Of a stretch of 64,000 nucleotides of DNA, positions 1-9,741 are shown one piece after another. This stretch comes from Bdellovibrio sp. ArHS (GTDB lineage: Bacteria > Bdellovibrionota > Bdellovibrionia > Bdellovibrionales > Bdellovibrionaceae). The stretch covers positions 16,410-80,409 of the forward strand of contig NZ_JTEV01000006.1 in the NCBI RefSeq assembly GCF_000786105.1, read 5' to 3'. A program made the translations under genes and the position numbers. Position 1 is the first letter of the stretch, and every line of letters starts with the position of its first letter. Under the pieces are notes generated by a model, which ran no database searches, was not told the origin of the DNA, and saw nothing but the letters and a program-made list of their open reading frames with translations.

Positions 1-294
1 ATGCTGCGCGGAAAGTCCCCACGCCAAGGCCCCCCCATAACTTAAGCCCGCCACCGACACTTTCTGTTCGGGAAAATGTTCTTTGATGAATTTCGCCAGG
101 ACTTCGACTTGAACGGTGAAAAAAAGCTTATCCGAACTTAAATAGACATGGCTCAGGTTGGGAACTACGACGGTATAGGAGGTCGAGAGAGTTTCCGCCA
201 CGGATTCCCAATGATGAACACTTCCTCCATAACCATGAAGAAGAAGTAAAACAGGCCCCTGTCCGCGTTGTCGGAAAGTAATTTTATGAGACAT
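1..294 (-). CDS. alpha/beta-fold hydrolase, N-terminal part (runs off window start)
   Basis: Not in ORF track. Manual translation from ATG at 294: MSHKITFRQRGQGPVLLLLHGYGGSVHHW...VAGLSYGGALAW, with HG oxyanion motif and GxSxG nucleophile elbow. Confidence 0.9.
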   Translation of the reverse strand, partial: MSHKITFRQRGQGPVLLLLHGYGGSVHHWESVAETLSTSYTVVVPNLSHVYLSSDKLFFTVQVEVLAKFIKEHFPEQKVSVAGLSYGGALAWGLSAQH

Positions 295-337
295 CCTAGA
301 TTACTTATCGGTTAAGAAACCGATAAGGTGACTGGAC

Positions 338-751
338 TTAGGACTTACTCTTGTCTTTTTCTTCAGCTTTCTCGTTCAAAAGCATCGTGTCGTTGACGGC
401 TTTGGATTCGATCTGCTTGTTGGTACGGAAACCCCGAATTTTTTTCGTCTGGTTTTCGGCGCGCTCCACTTGTTCTGTCAAGTCCACGGTGACATCACCA
501 AAGCAGCGAACTTGACAGCTTAAACGGCGACCATCAATGAAGTGGCTGGTGCCGATAAGACTGAGCTCTGCTTTATTGGGAGGCAAAATATTGGCTTCAC
601 CTTCCTGAATACGTACGCGGCATTCCGCACAGGACGGAACACCTTTACAGATCGAACGAATTTCCAGGTGATTTTCAGTCGCAATTTGCAAGAGACTCTT
701 ATCCGGAGTTCCCTCGACTTCAATATTTTGCGGTAGAAACTTAATCTTCAT
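338..751 (-). CDS. 2Fe-2S ferredoxin-like protein
   Basis: CKGVPSCAEC...RLSCQ pattern (C-x5-C-x2-C...C) of plant/adrenodoxin-type ferredoxins, plus a charged C-terminal tail. Confidence 0.9.
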   Translation of the reverse strand: MKIKFLPQNIEVEGTPDKSLLQIATENHLEIRSICKGVPSCAECRVRIQEGEANILPPNKAELSLIGTSHFIDGRRLSCQVRCFGDVTVDLTEQVERAENQTKKIRGFRTNKQIESKAVNDTMLLNEKAEEKDKSKS

Positions 752-762
752 AATTTACCTGC

Positions 763-1971
763 TTAGCGAACCACGATTTTCGCGAACTTCTTCTTACCTG
801 CTTTGATTACGAAGCTTTCACCCGTTTTCAAATTCATTTTAAGCTTAGGATCGGAAATCTTCTCGCTGTCAATTTGCACGCCTCCACCTTGGATCAGGCG
901 CGAACCTTCACCGTTGGAAGCGACAAGACCTGCTTTCGCCATCAATGCGGGAAGACCGATCTCGCCCGCTTCGGTAGCAAATTCAGGAACATCATCTGGA
1001 AGTCCTTTATCAACAAAGATGCGATGAAACTCTTCTTCCGCCGCATGGGCCGCCGCTTCCGAGTGGAAACGTTTGATAAGAAACTTCGCCAAATTCACTT
1101 TCACATCGCGCGGATGTTTGCGTTTTTCCGCAACATCCGTCTTTAACTGCGCCAATTGGTTGGCGGTAATATCTGTTAAAAGCTCGTACCAGCGATACAT
1201 CAAATCGTCGGAAATTCGCATCGTCTTTCCGAACATGTCTTTGGGCGTATCGATAACGGAAATATAGTTATCCAACGACTTCGACATTTTATGAACGCCG
1301 TCGATACCTTCCAGAATTGGCATCGTAAGAATACATTGCGCTTCCTGGCCGTAAGATCCCTGCATGTCACGACCGACCAAAAGATTGAACTTCTGATCCG
1401 TCCCGCCCAATTCCACGTCAGCCTTCAAGGCCACCGAGTCATACCCTTGTGTCAAAGGGTACAGGAATTCATGAATACCGATCGGCGTGCCTGAACGATA
1501 ACGTTTGGTAAAATCCTCACGCTCCAACATGCGCGCCACGGTGTACTGGGCTGACATTTTGATGAAATCCTGCGGAGTCATCTTGCCGATCCATGACGAG
1601 TTGTAAACAATCTCTGTCTTTTCAGGATCTAAAATTTTAAAAATCTGTTTCGCGTAAGTGCGACCATTTTCTTCGATCTCTTCACGCGTTAACATCGGTC
1701 GAGTGGTGTTCTTGCCGGAAGGGTCCCCGATCATCGCCGTGAAATCACCGATCAGAAAATAAACTTTGTGTCCTAATTCCTGGAATGTCCTTAGCTTATT
1801 GATGACCACCGTGTGACCGATATGAATATCCGGACGCGTGGGGTCCGCTCCCAACTTAATGTTCAGCGGCTTTCCTTTTTTCAGCTTCTTCAACATATCT
1901 TCGTCGTTGATGAACTCAGCGACACCGAATTTGATTCTTTCAAGCTGCTCACGAGGATCTAAAAAACTCAT
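763..1971 (-). CDS. tyrS: tyrosine--tRNA ligase
   Basis: GADPT, HIGH and KMSKS class I motifs, GGTDQKFN, C-terminal S4-like domain. Confidence 0.98.
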   Translation of the reverse strand: MSFLDPREQLERIKFGVAEFINDEDMLKKLKKGKPLNIKLGADPTRPDIHIGHTVVINKLRTFQELGHKVYFLIGDFTAMIGDPSGKNTTRPMLTREEIEENGRTYAKQIFKILDPEKTEIVYNSSWIGKMTPQDFIKMSAQYTVARMLEREDFTKRYRSGTPIGIHEFLYPLTQGYDSVALKADVELGGTDQKFNLLVGRDMQGSYGQEAQCILTMPILEGIDGVHKMSKSLDNYISVIDTPKDMFGKTMRISDDLMYRWYELLTDITANQLAQLKTDVAEKRKHPRDVKVNLAKFLIKRFHSEAAAHAAEEEFHRIFVDKGLPDDVPEFATEAGEIGLPALMAKAGLVASNGEGSRLIQGGGVQIDSEKISDPKLKMNLKTGESFVIKAGKKKFAKIVVR

Positions 1972-1989
1972 AGACTCAAAATCCTTTTT

Positions 1990-3555
1990 CTAGCGGGCGT
2001 GCTCAACACTTCGCGTTTCACGAACAACGGTCACCTTCACGGCCCCCGCTTGAGGCATTTCGCGCTCAATCTTACGAGCGATATCACGTGACAACATCAC
2101 CGCCTGATCGTCCGTAACCTTGCTGCTTTCAACCAAGACCCGCACGTCTTTACCCGCCTGTAGAGCCAGAGTTTTTAGAACGCCGTCAAAGCTGTTGCCG
2201 ATGCTTTCAAGGTCTTCCAAACGATGAATGAAGGAATCCATTTGTGGACGACGTGCCCCTGGACGAGAGCTGGAAAGAATAAACGCCGCATGGACGATCC
2301 ACGCCAGAATAGAGTGCGGTTTTTCTTCTTCATCATGGGCACGAATCGCATGACAGACGTCTTCCGACTCGTTGTACTTCTTCGCAAATTCAGCACCGAC
2401 GAACGCGTAACTGCCTTCGGCTGTGTGATCAATCGCTTTACCGATATTGTGCAATAGGCCCGCGCGGCGAGCGATCTTCACATTCACACCCATTTCGCCA
2501 GCAAGAAGACCGGCGATGTTGGCCACTTCCAAAGCTTGATTCAGGGCATTTTGTCCTTGGTAGGAACGGTATTTCAAACCGCCGATGATTTTCACCAGTT
2601 CAGGATGCATGTTGGCGATCCCCAACTCCATCACATGACGTTCGCCTTCTTCTTTGATTGATTTCATTAATTCCGAGCGCTGCTTTTCCACAACCTCTTC
2701 GATACGGGCCGGATGAACACGACCGTCTTCCATCAGTTTTTCAATTGTTCGGCGAGCCAATTCGCGGCGAACCGGATCGAAACCAGAAATAACCACGGCT
2801 TCCGGAGTGTCATCGACGATCAAGTCCACGCCACACAAAGCTTCCAGTGTACGGATGTTACGGCCTTCACGACCGATGATTTTCCCCTTCATTTCATCGT
2901 TTGGCAAAGCCAGCACACTCACGGTACGCTCAGAGGTGTATTCAGAGGCAAAACGAGACAGGGCCGTCGCCAAGATCCGTTTTGCTTTTTTATCAGCTTC
3001 TTTGTTGGCCTCTTCTTCGATCTGCGCGATTTTTTTCGAAGCTTCTTGTTTGGCTTCATCTTCCAAAGCGCCCAGAAGCTGGCGACGGGCTTCGTCCTGG
3101 CTCATGGCTGCGACCGACTCTAGCTTTTGCTTAAGTTCGCCGATATGGGCTTCGCCTTTTTTCTCAAGATCCTTAATACGATTTTCAGAGATCGCGATCT
3201 TTTCTTCGCGATCTTTCAATGTGTTTAGATAACGCTCGTTTTCTTCCATCTTTTGCTTGAACTGATCTTCGATTTCTTTCAAGCGACGGTCCAATTGCGA
3301 TTCTTTATTTTTCAAAGTGGACTTTTGTTTGTGAATGTCAGCTTCGACATTCTTGCGAGCCCGGCCTTCAAAGTCTTTGGCTTTGGTCTCTGAATCCTTT
3401 TTGATTTTCGCGGCTTCAGACTTCGCCTTGTTCACGATTCTTTCAGCCTCAACCCGCGCAGACTTTTTCTTATTTTCATCCTGAACACGTTTGATGATGA
3501 AAACAATGGCTCCACCCAACAACAACGCAACTATGGCGGTGATTACTAACTCCAT
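1990..3555 (-). CDS. rny: ribonuclease Y homologue (HD metal ligands degenerate)
   Basis: N-terminal TM, coiled coil, KH motif (KGKIIGREGRNIR), HD-like domain, C-terminal RETR. HD reads LLHNIGK. Confidence 0.95.
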   Translation of the reverse strand: MELVITAIVALLLGGAIVFIIKRVQDENKKKSARVEAERIVNKAKSEAAKIKKDSETKAKDFEGRARKNVEADIHKQKSTLKNKESQLDRRLKEIEDQFKQKMEENERYLNTLKDREEKIAISENRIKDLEKKGEAHIGELKQKLESVAAMSQDEARRQLLGALEDEAKQEASKKIAQIEEEANKEADKKAKRILATALSRFASEYTSERTVSVLALPNDEMKGKIIGREGRNIRTLEALCGVDLIVDDTPEAVVISGFDPVRRELARRTIEKLMEDGRVHPARIEEVVEKQRSELMKSIKEEGERHVMELGIANMHPELVKIIGGLKYRSYQGQNALNQALEVANIAGLLAGEMGVNVKIARRAGLLHNIGKAIDHTAEGSYAFVGAEFAKKYNESEDVCHAIRAHDEEEKPHSILAWIVHAAFILSSSRPGARRPQMDSFIHRLEDLESIGNSFDGVLKTLALQAGKDVRVLVESSKVTDDQAVMLSRDIARKIEREMPQAGAVKVTVVRETRSVEHAR

Positions 3556-3561
3556 GATCCT

Positions 3562-4131
3562 TTACTCCTGATACTTCCTGCAATCGACCACACCAGTTTC
3601 CGTGATCAGGTAGTCCATGATCACATCGTGGGTTTCGGTCGGGATGGGGTCCACTGTCACTTGAAAGTCAAAACAGACGCCCACTTTCATCCCGCGGTAC
3701 CAGGACAGGGTCTTATCGTAAAACCCTTTTCCCTTTCCCAGGCGATTGCCATTCTTATTAAAAACCAAACCGGGAATCAGCAGTCCCTGAATATCTTTGA
3801 GGTCTTGTGCCGTCGAATCTGGAGAGGGCTCCAGGACTCCGTAAGGGCCCACCATAAATGTGCGGGCATCAAAGAATTCCAGATGGCCTTCCCGCATGCG
3901 CGGAAAAACCCACTTCAGGTGAGAGATCTGAAAGACCTCTTCCACCTGTGCTTCTTCGGGCAGAGCTCTGTAAGCTCCCCAAACTCCATTTTGCGAATTT
4001 AAAAAATCCTGCAAAACAGAATTAAGCTGCTGCTGATTTTGAACAAGACCTTGCGCGAACTCTTGAGCGCAAAGAGATTTAAAGAAGGAACGACATTCCT
4101 TTTTAGAGCTCCAAGGAAACGACATGGACAC
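3562..4131 (-). CDS. ygfA: 5-formyltetrahydrofolate cyclo-ligase
   Basis: PGLVF...GNRLGKGKGFYDK and HDVIMD motifs; usual position between zapA and rny. Confidence 0.93.
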   Translation of the reverse strand: MSMSFPWSSKKECRSFFKSLCAQEFAQGLVQNQQQLNSVLQDFLNSQNGVWGAYRALPEEAQVEEVFQISHLKWVFPRMREGHLEFFDARTFMVGPYGVLEPSPDSTAQDLKDIQGLLIPGLVFNKNGNRLGKGKGFYDKTLSWYRGMKVGVCFDFQVTVDPIPTETHDVIMDYLITETGVVDCRKYQE

Positions 4132-4151
4132 TCCAAGAGATCAAAACAAAG

Positions 4152-4466
4152 TTAGTTGTTCAAAACCTTGTTGTTCTTGGAATTTTCTAGTTCGACGGAA
4201 AGTTGCATCGCTTTTTCTTCCAGCTTTTCCAGTTCACGATGCGCTTTTCTTTTCAAAAGGATCAGTTCTTCCGCCAAGTTCATCGCTGTCAAAACAGCGG
4301 CATTTTGGAAAGAACCGTTTTTAGTAACTGACATGGCCTGATTCATCTTATTATTTACAAATGTGACGAGCTCTTCGACTGTGGCATCGTCATGAGAGGT
4401 TTTTAATTTGTAAGGGACACCCGCAATTAGAAAATTGTAGGTTTTTTTATCAGATGTCACTAGCAC
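4152..4466 (-). CDS. zapA: cell division protein ZapA (start may be GTG at 4460)
   Basis: IAGVPYKL beta-hairpin, AAVLTAMNLAEEL helix, C-terminal coiled coil; synteny with ygfA-rny. Confidence 0.92.
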   Translation of the reverse strand: MLVTSDKKTYNFLIAGVPYKLKTSHDDATVEELVTFVNNKMNQAMSVTKNGSFQNAAVLTAMNLAEELILLKRKAHRELEKLEEKAMQLSVELENSKNNKVLNN

Positions 4467-4580
4467 CTCAATAGCTGCAGAATCTTGTTAGTACCGATGT
4501 TCTAAACCTTTTAAATTTCTAGAAAAATCCTAGATCAACACTAGAAAAAGTATATCCCTAACGGCCCGATATTCAACAGA

Positions 4581-5168
4581 TTATTTTTTGGAACAGGTGC
4601 AAATAATGCCTAAATCCTTCTTCTTCTCACAACTTATCGAGCGCTTATTTGGCTTGTCGTCAAGCTCATAGTCGTCAACTTCCTTGAAGTTGCGCTTGTA
4701 CGTGGCAACAACGCCGTTAAGCTTCGTGTCATTGTACGAATACTCATCAGATTTGATCGTCGCGTTGAGCAAAAAACTATTAATAATATCTTGTTTGGGA
4801 TTAATTCGCTGATTTGCCGTCAGACCGACGTTGGTCACAACTCCCTTTTCGTCGACTTGCTGCAAAGTGAGCTCGGTTTCAACCTTTTTCCCACCAGAAA
4901 ACTTCGTTCGCAAAATCAGGTTCATCGCCTGCTTTTCAGCATCCAAATAGTGAATCTTTCTTTGACGCAGTTGCGATTGCGAGGTCACGAACTTTTCATC
5001 AGCGATATCTTTGAGACGGTTCAGATCGACCTTAAAAGACAGTTGTTCATCCTGAAATTCGGGAAAACAACGCATCAGATTTTCATAAGAAACAGAGACT
5101 GGTTTGATTCCCTGGGCCCACAGCATCTGAGGCCCAAGAGCTATAATAAAACTTACTACAAGTCGCAT
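4581..5168 (-). CDS. hypothetical secreted protein
   Basis: 195-aa ORF with signal-peptide-like N-terminus and C-terminal Cys cluster (ISC...ICTC). No family recognised. Confidence 0.75.
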   Translation of the reverse strand: MRLVVSFIIALGPQMLWAQGIKPVSVSYENLMRCFPEFQDEQLSFKVDLNRLKDIADEKFVTSQSQLRQRKIHYLDAEKQAMNLILRTKFSGGKKVETELTLQQVDEKGVVTNVGLTANQRINPKQDIINSFLLNATIKSDEYSYNDTKLNGVVATYKRNFKEVDDYELDDKPNKRSISCEKKKDLGIICTCSKK

Positions 5169-5185
5169 GAAACCTTTTCCGTTAA

Positions 5186-6157
5186 TTACATAGGTTCACA
5201 GCTTTCCGCAGAAGAACGATTACAGCCTTCCGCCGCATCGCTCGTGCAATACGAACGTGATTCTGTCTTCCATGTACGTGCCGTCGAACAGTCTTCTCCG
5301 TCCAGGCTAATGAAAGAACGAACCGCATTCAATGAAAATCCAAAGGTTGAAGCATTCTGGGACAGTTGACCAGTTTTCACGGTCACCGCCGCCTGGTTTT
5401 TTCCCTCGGCCTGGACTTTATACACTCCAGGGAAAACCGCGACAAAATCACCCGCGGTCATCGGCGCAGAGACCAGGTAGCGAGGATGCTTTGAAGCGAT
5501 CACGTCGCCAGGGAAGGTGACCCACATTTCTTGAAAAGTCCCGTCATTGGCGAAATTGAAAAGGTCGCGCAAATCATTGGCGGACTTGGCTGAATTCCAA
5601 GCCTTGCAAATCGTGCGCGCACTGCTGGCCACGTCGCCATAAGCGTCAATTCGCGGGCAGACTTCATAAGTGAAGCGTTGAACGAAGTCGCGTTCCCAAA
5701 GTCCTGCTATATAAAGATCTCCGAAATTATCTTTATCCAAGCGGAAAAAATGACGGTTCATCGTAAACATCGTCAGATAAATTTTCTTTTGCTCAACCAA
5801 AGAAGTGAAGTCGCGATACACACGAATCCTCTGGCCCTTCACTTGTGCCGGAACGGTCACGCGCTCCAAATAAAGATTCGTCACTTGCCCTGCCGTGACC
5901 GTCACCAGGTCCGGATAAATACTGTTTTCAAAGCCAACGATGTACGTGCCCGGGGTCAATGCTTGCTGCTTATTCAAATCAAAATAAACGGCAGCATCAC
6001 AGGCGCCACGTTGTTCAGTTTGGCAGCGCACGGCTTTCACCTTTTGAAAGAGCTGCTGACTGCCCGCCTGCCCGTTAACCTGCATCGCACCTAAAGATTG
6101 CGCCTGCGCCAGTCCCGCGAATAACAATGTCGAAATGGCCATCCACCACTTTTTCAT
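5186..6157 (-). CDS. hypothetical secreted protein with Cys-rich C-terminus
   Basis: ATG 6157 follows AAGGAGAG; signal peptide MKKWWMAISTLLFAGLAQA; four Cys in the last 35 aa. Confidence 0.8.
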   Translation of the reverse strand: MKKWWMAISTLLFAGLAQAQSLGAMQVNGQAGSQQLFQKVKAVRCQTEQRGACDAAVYFDLNKQQALTPGTYIVGFENSIYPDLVTVTAGQVTNLYLERVTVPAQVKGQRIRVYRDFTSLVEQKKIYLTMFTMNRHFFRLDKDNFGDLYIAGLWERDFVQRFTYEVCPRIDAYGDVASSARTICKAWNSAKSANDLRDLFNFANDGTFQEMWVTFPGDVIASKHPRYLVSAPMTAGDFVAVFPGVYKVQAEGKNQAAVTVKTGQLSQNASTFGFSLNAVRSFISLDGEDCSTARTWKTESRSYCTSDAAEGCNRSSAESCEPM

Positions 6158-6168
6158 AACTCTCTCCT

Positions 6169-7857
6169 TTAGAACCACTCGTCGCCAGGACGCTTATTGG
6201 AAATTGCTTTGCTGACTCGGGTATCCTGCCCATAGACATCATCGATAAAGCGCATGGAACCATCCTCGCCCTTTTCCACTGTCAAATACAGGAAGTACAC
6301 CGGCATAGGTTTTTTCAGCGTCACCTTTTTATCGATCTCGCCCGGAATATAATTGTCGTTCAAAGGAACATAGTTCTGGATATCATAAAGACTCCAGCCC
6401 GGCTGATCCTGCAACAGATACGCAGCCAACTCTAATGGCTGTTCCAAACGAACGCAGCCCGAACTGCGATGACGTTTGCTTTCGCCGAAAAGATTTTTTT
6501 CGTTCGTATCATGCATGTAAATCGCCCAAGGATTTTGCAGAGGAAACTTTACGACACCCAACGCATTTTCAGGCCCCGGCAACTGGCGGATGTAATACAC
6601 GAAATTGCGCGCTGTCATGCTTCGCCAATCAATAGTGGAAGGGTCCACCTGCTCGTCCGTGGCCTCTTCGATCAAGATCATATTATGCTTGCGCAAATAG
6701 TTCGGATCCTGTTTCAACAACGGCAGCTTATCCCTGATCGCAATACTGCGAGGCACAGTCCAATAAGGATTCAGATTCACGAAGGTGATTTGATCCCGCA
6801 TCGAAGGTGTACGACGGAAAGCCTGACCATTGACGGTATTGAAGTGAAAAACTTTTCCGGAATCGTCAAACAGACGGAATTCTGTCGTCGCCAGATTCAC
6901 GAAAATATGACGGGTTTCCAAATTTTTTGGCAACCAACGCAGCTTTTCCATATTCGCTTCGACCTGTGCGATTCTTTGCCCCGGTGTAAAATTCAAAGCT
7001 CTTAAAACCTCGGAACGCGTGCCAATAATACCATCCGAAGTCAAACCATTGGCCGACTGAAATTTTCTTAGGACGCTGTCAAATTCGCTGTCAAAGGTGT
7101 TCCCACCATTATTCGAAATGGCGTATCCCAACTGATTAAAGCGCGCGCGCAGTTGACTGATGACCGGATCCGTAACACCTAATTTCAAGGCAAATCCTGG
7201 AGAGTTGATTGTCGCCCAACCACCGCTGCTTTTTTGCGCCTTCAAAGTCGCCAAAATCGAAAGTAAATCTTTATAGCGAGGATGCGAAGGTGCGAACGCA
7301 TCCAGATTCGCAACCAAAGAACCCGGACCGTAAGAGACCGCCGCATTCAACTCGGCAAATTCTGTGAACTCTTTTTTCTTAAACTTAATGTCAGTATCAA
7401 TTAATTCGGGGTCAAAGCGCCCCGTAGACAGATGTGTAACATAGCGAACAAGAGCTTCTGACACCAAAAGTTCAAACGTAATCCACTGAACTGCGGGGTT
7501 CTTCGTTGTGGCCTGGAAGCCCTTTTCGATCTGCGCATCCCAATAGTCAGAAGGATTTAAACCATGCTTATCGGCGTTTAACAAAAGCTCTTTCAGAGCC
7601 AGGGCCATATTATTAGGACGACCTGACGAATCCACCCAAATAGCCTGGTAGCCTCTTACGGAATACAGTTTATCCAATCTGTCTGTGCGAAGTAGAAAGC
7701 TTCCCCACTTGGGGTTAATAATCGGATTCGTGCGAGCTCGAGTCACTTGATCCTGGATATAAGCCGGCTGGCTTTGCGCCCATGTCAATTGTGGAGCCAT
7801 GGCGATTAAACTCATGCCCAATACAAATGACTTCGGAAGTATTCTCATCATCTTCAT
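6169..7857 (-). CDS. L,D-transpeptidase, YcbB/LdtD type with scaffold and PG-binding domains
   Basis: PG_binding_1-like segment (VLRKFQSANGLTSDGIIG) and catalytic YMHDT...SSGCVR. Start moved from 7986 to ATG 7857 (RBS AAGAGGG, signal peptide follows). Confidence 0.92.
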   Translation of the reverse strand: MKMMRILPKSFVLGMSLIAMAPQLTWAQSQPAYIQDQVTRARTNPIINPKWGSFLLRTDRLDKLYSVRGYQAIWVDSSGRPNNMALALKELLLNADKHGLNPSDYWDAQIEKGFQATTKNPAVQWITFELLVSEALVRYVTHLSTGRFDPELIDTDIKFKKKEFTEFAELNAAVSYGPGSLVANLDAFAPSHPRYKDLLSILATLKAQKSSGGWATINSPGFALKLGVTDPVISQLRARFNQLGYAISNNGGNTFDSEFDSVLRKFQSANGLTSDGIIGTRSEVLRALNFTPGQRIAQVEANMEKLRWLPKNLETRHIFVNLATTEFRLFDDSGKVFHFNTVNGQAFRRTPSMRDQITFVNLNPYWTVPRSIAIRDKLPLLKQDPNYLRKHNMILIEEATDEQVDPSTIDWRSMTARNFVYYIRQLPGPENALGVVKFPLQNPWAIYMHDTNEKNLFGESKRHRSSGCVRLEQPLELAAYLLQDQPGWSLYDIQNYVPLNDNYIPGEIDKKVTLKKPMPVYFLYLTVEKGEDGSMRFIDDVYGQDTRVSKAISNKRPGDEWF

Positions 7858-7884
7858 ATAAACCCTCTTCGCTACATCCTTACT

Positions 7885-7900
7885 ATCAAGTAGGATGCCA
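7885..7900 (-). promoter_or_regulatory. sigma54-like -24/-12 promoter for the YcbB-type LDT
   Basis: Minus strand TGGCAT-cctac-TTGAT against consensus TGGCAC-N5-TTGCW; 28 bp upstream of ATG 7857; the -12 C is mismatched. Confidence 0.45.
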
Positions 7901-8127
7901 AGCGATGAGGCTTTTGACGGCAGGAAGGACGCGCAAAGAATTGACAGTGCGCCTAAAGCGTCACCAAAAATCTCGAAATGAGACAACCCAAATCGTTCGT
8001 TTCTTCTCTCTTTTAAATAGACACAGAAGAAGCGCTTTCAACCTCGGCGACGGCCACATTTGGTCACCTCGCAAAAAAAATCGACGCTGCTTTTGTGCGT
8101 AATTAAAAATATCCGCGTCCCAGACGA

Positions 8128-8143
8128 TGTCACGCTTCTTGCT
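8128..8143 (+). promoter_or_regulatory. sigma54-like promoter for the SH3-LDT gene
   Basis: TGTCAC-gcttc-TTGCT with correct spacing and one mismatch in the GG doublet. Confidence 0.35.
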
Positions 8144-8196
8144 TAAGGGTTTGTTTCGACAACTAAGGTTTAATTGAAATTGTACGGAGGACGTTC

Positions 8197-9741
8197 ATGA
8201 CAAAGTTCAAAAGCCGCAGACTCTGCTCGGCCGTTTTAAGCGTTTTAATCGCCACCTCACCGGTGATCAGCCAAGCCCAAGCCCAGAGTGTGCAAACCCA
8301 ATCGGCCAACGCGGCAGCAGTGGGAACAGAAAAGTCGCAGTTGAAAGTGGGACAGCGCTACTTCATTTCGGCTGACAATTTGAACGTGCGCAGCAGCAAC
8401 GCCACTTCTGGCAACAACATCGTGGGTAAATTAAATACCAACGACGAAGTGGAAATCTATGATCTGCTGAATGAAGCAACACCTTTAGTACAGGTTAAAA
8501 TCATCAAATCCGCCACCGTCAAAGCCGATGTGGCCCCTGAACTTTTTGTTTCGAAAGACTATCTTTCTGAAAAACAATTGTTAACAGCAGCATCCAAATA
8601 CTTCGTCGTTCAGAACGTGGCGACGGAAATCACCCGCGTTTACGAGCGCTGCACTGAGACGCCTAGCTGCCCTCACAAACTGGTGCTCGAAACGGAAATG
8701 GTCGTAGGTCGCCCTGAAGAGGGAACCAAACAAGATCCTCACGCATTTAAAACCTGGCTGGGACATGCGAAAATTTCTGAATGGATCAAATTCTATCAGG
8801 ATGGCCAAGCTCACTATCCTCACTGGTATCGCGCCGGTCAGGATCTAAAAACAATTCCTAAAGCCATAACCGATGGTGTGTCCAAGCTGGTTAATTCCCG
8901 CAAATGGATGGTCGACGACGGTCGCGGCGGAACAACTATCTATGGAGCTTTCGGCTGGTATGCCGCAAAAGTTTCGCCTGCAGACGAAATCAATGGAATG
9001 AACTATCAGTGGCTGCATGGAACTATCGGTTGGGGCCGAGACGGCTCTGAGTCCATCGAGTTGACTCGTGGATTCCTGATGAATCTTTTCTCGAACCCAG
9101 GTTCTGCCGGCTGTACACGCCTTGAAAACCGCGCCATCGCGTATTTGCGCAGTTTCTTGCCTGTGGGTACGGATATTTATCGTATCTACGCCCGTGAATC
9201 GACACGTGAAAAAGAAGTTATTTCGGGTTTCTTTAAAAAGAAAGTCACTCCACTTCCACGTTACGCGGATAAATATGAAAACCCAGGAAACTGGAACTAC
9301 ATCTTGTTAACAGATGGAGCGCAACAAAGCGGCGGTTTGACTGCGGACGCAAAAACCATTATCGACAAGGCCATTCCAGTTGTGACAAACTACAATTTGA
9401 TTGAAGCCGGTAACTATCAATATGATCAGTATCCAAACGCAACGGCGTTGAACTATACCCGTACAGCCGCGTCTGGAAGAAGTGGTGACCGTTATAGAAT
9501 TGATTCTGGTAAAAAAGAAGACGCTGGCAAAACCAATTTCCGCGGCTACTTCTTAGTGGACGAAGGTCGCCTTCTTGATTACTCTCACCCAGATTCACAA
9601 AGTACAAAAGGCGTGATCAAAGTAAGTGGCCTTGCTGACTTTAGAAACTCAGTCCCCGAGTTCTTGGCAACGACGGGCGCGCACAATCCTCCAGAGATTC
9701 AGTACCAAGCTGAACAGGAAAATGGAGTCGGAGGACGCTAA
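8197..9741 (+). CDS. secreted SH3b-domain L,D-transpeptidase-family protein
   Basis: Signal peptide; SH3b-like ADNLNVRSS...IVGKLNTNDEVEI; YkuD-like VVQNVATEITRVY...MVVG; catalytic WLHGT...SAGCTRLEN. Confidence 0.85.
   Translation: MTKFKSRRLCSAVLSVLIATSPVISQAQAQSVQTQSANAAAVGTEKSQLKVGQRYFISADNLNVRSSNATSGNNIVGKLNTNDEVEIYDLLNEATPLVQVKIIKSATVKADVAPELFVSKDYLSEKQLLTAASKYFVVQNVATEITRVYERCTETPSCPHKLVLETEMVVGRPEEGTKQDPHAFKTWLGHAKISEWIKFYQDGQAHYPHWYRAGQDLKTIPKAITDGVSKLVNSRKWMVDDGRGGTTIYGAFGWYAAKVSPADEINGMNYQWLHGTIGWGRDGSESIELTRGFLMNLFSNPGSAGCTRLENRAIAYLRSFLPVGTDIYRIYARESTREKEVISGFFKKKVTPLPRYADKYENPGNWNYILLTDGAQQSGGLTADAKTIIDKAIPVVTNYNLIEAGNYQYDQYPNATALNYTRTAASGRSGDRYRIDSGKKEDAGKTNFRGYFLVDEGRLLDYSHPDSQSTKGVIKVSGLADFRNSVPEFLATTGAHNPPEIQYQAEQENGVGGR

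Noticed and set aside
304-327. Perfect inverted repeat CTTATCGGTT/AACCGATAAG containing a sigma28-like CCGATAA
   Set aside because: No TAAA-like -35 at 15-bp spacing on either strand. More likely a hairpin or operator between the ferredoxin and hydrolase genes; not enough to call.
4791-5369. 192-aa plus-strand ORF
   Set aside because: Antisense shadow across two signal-peptide-bearing genes; no RBS or motif.
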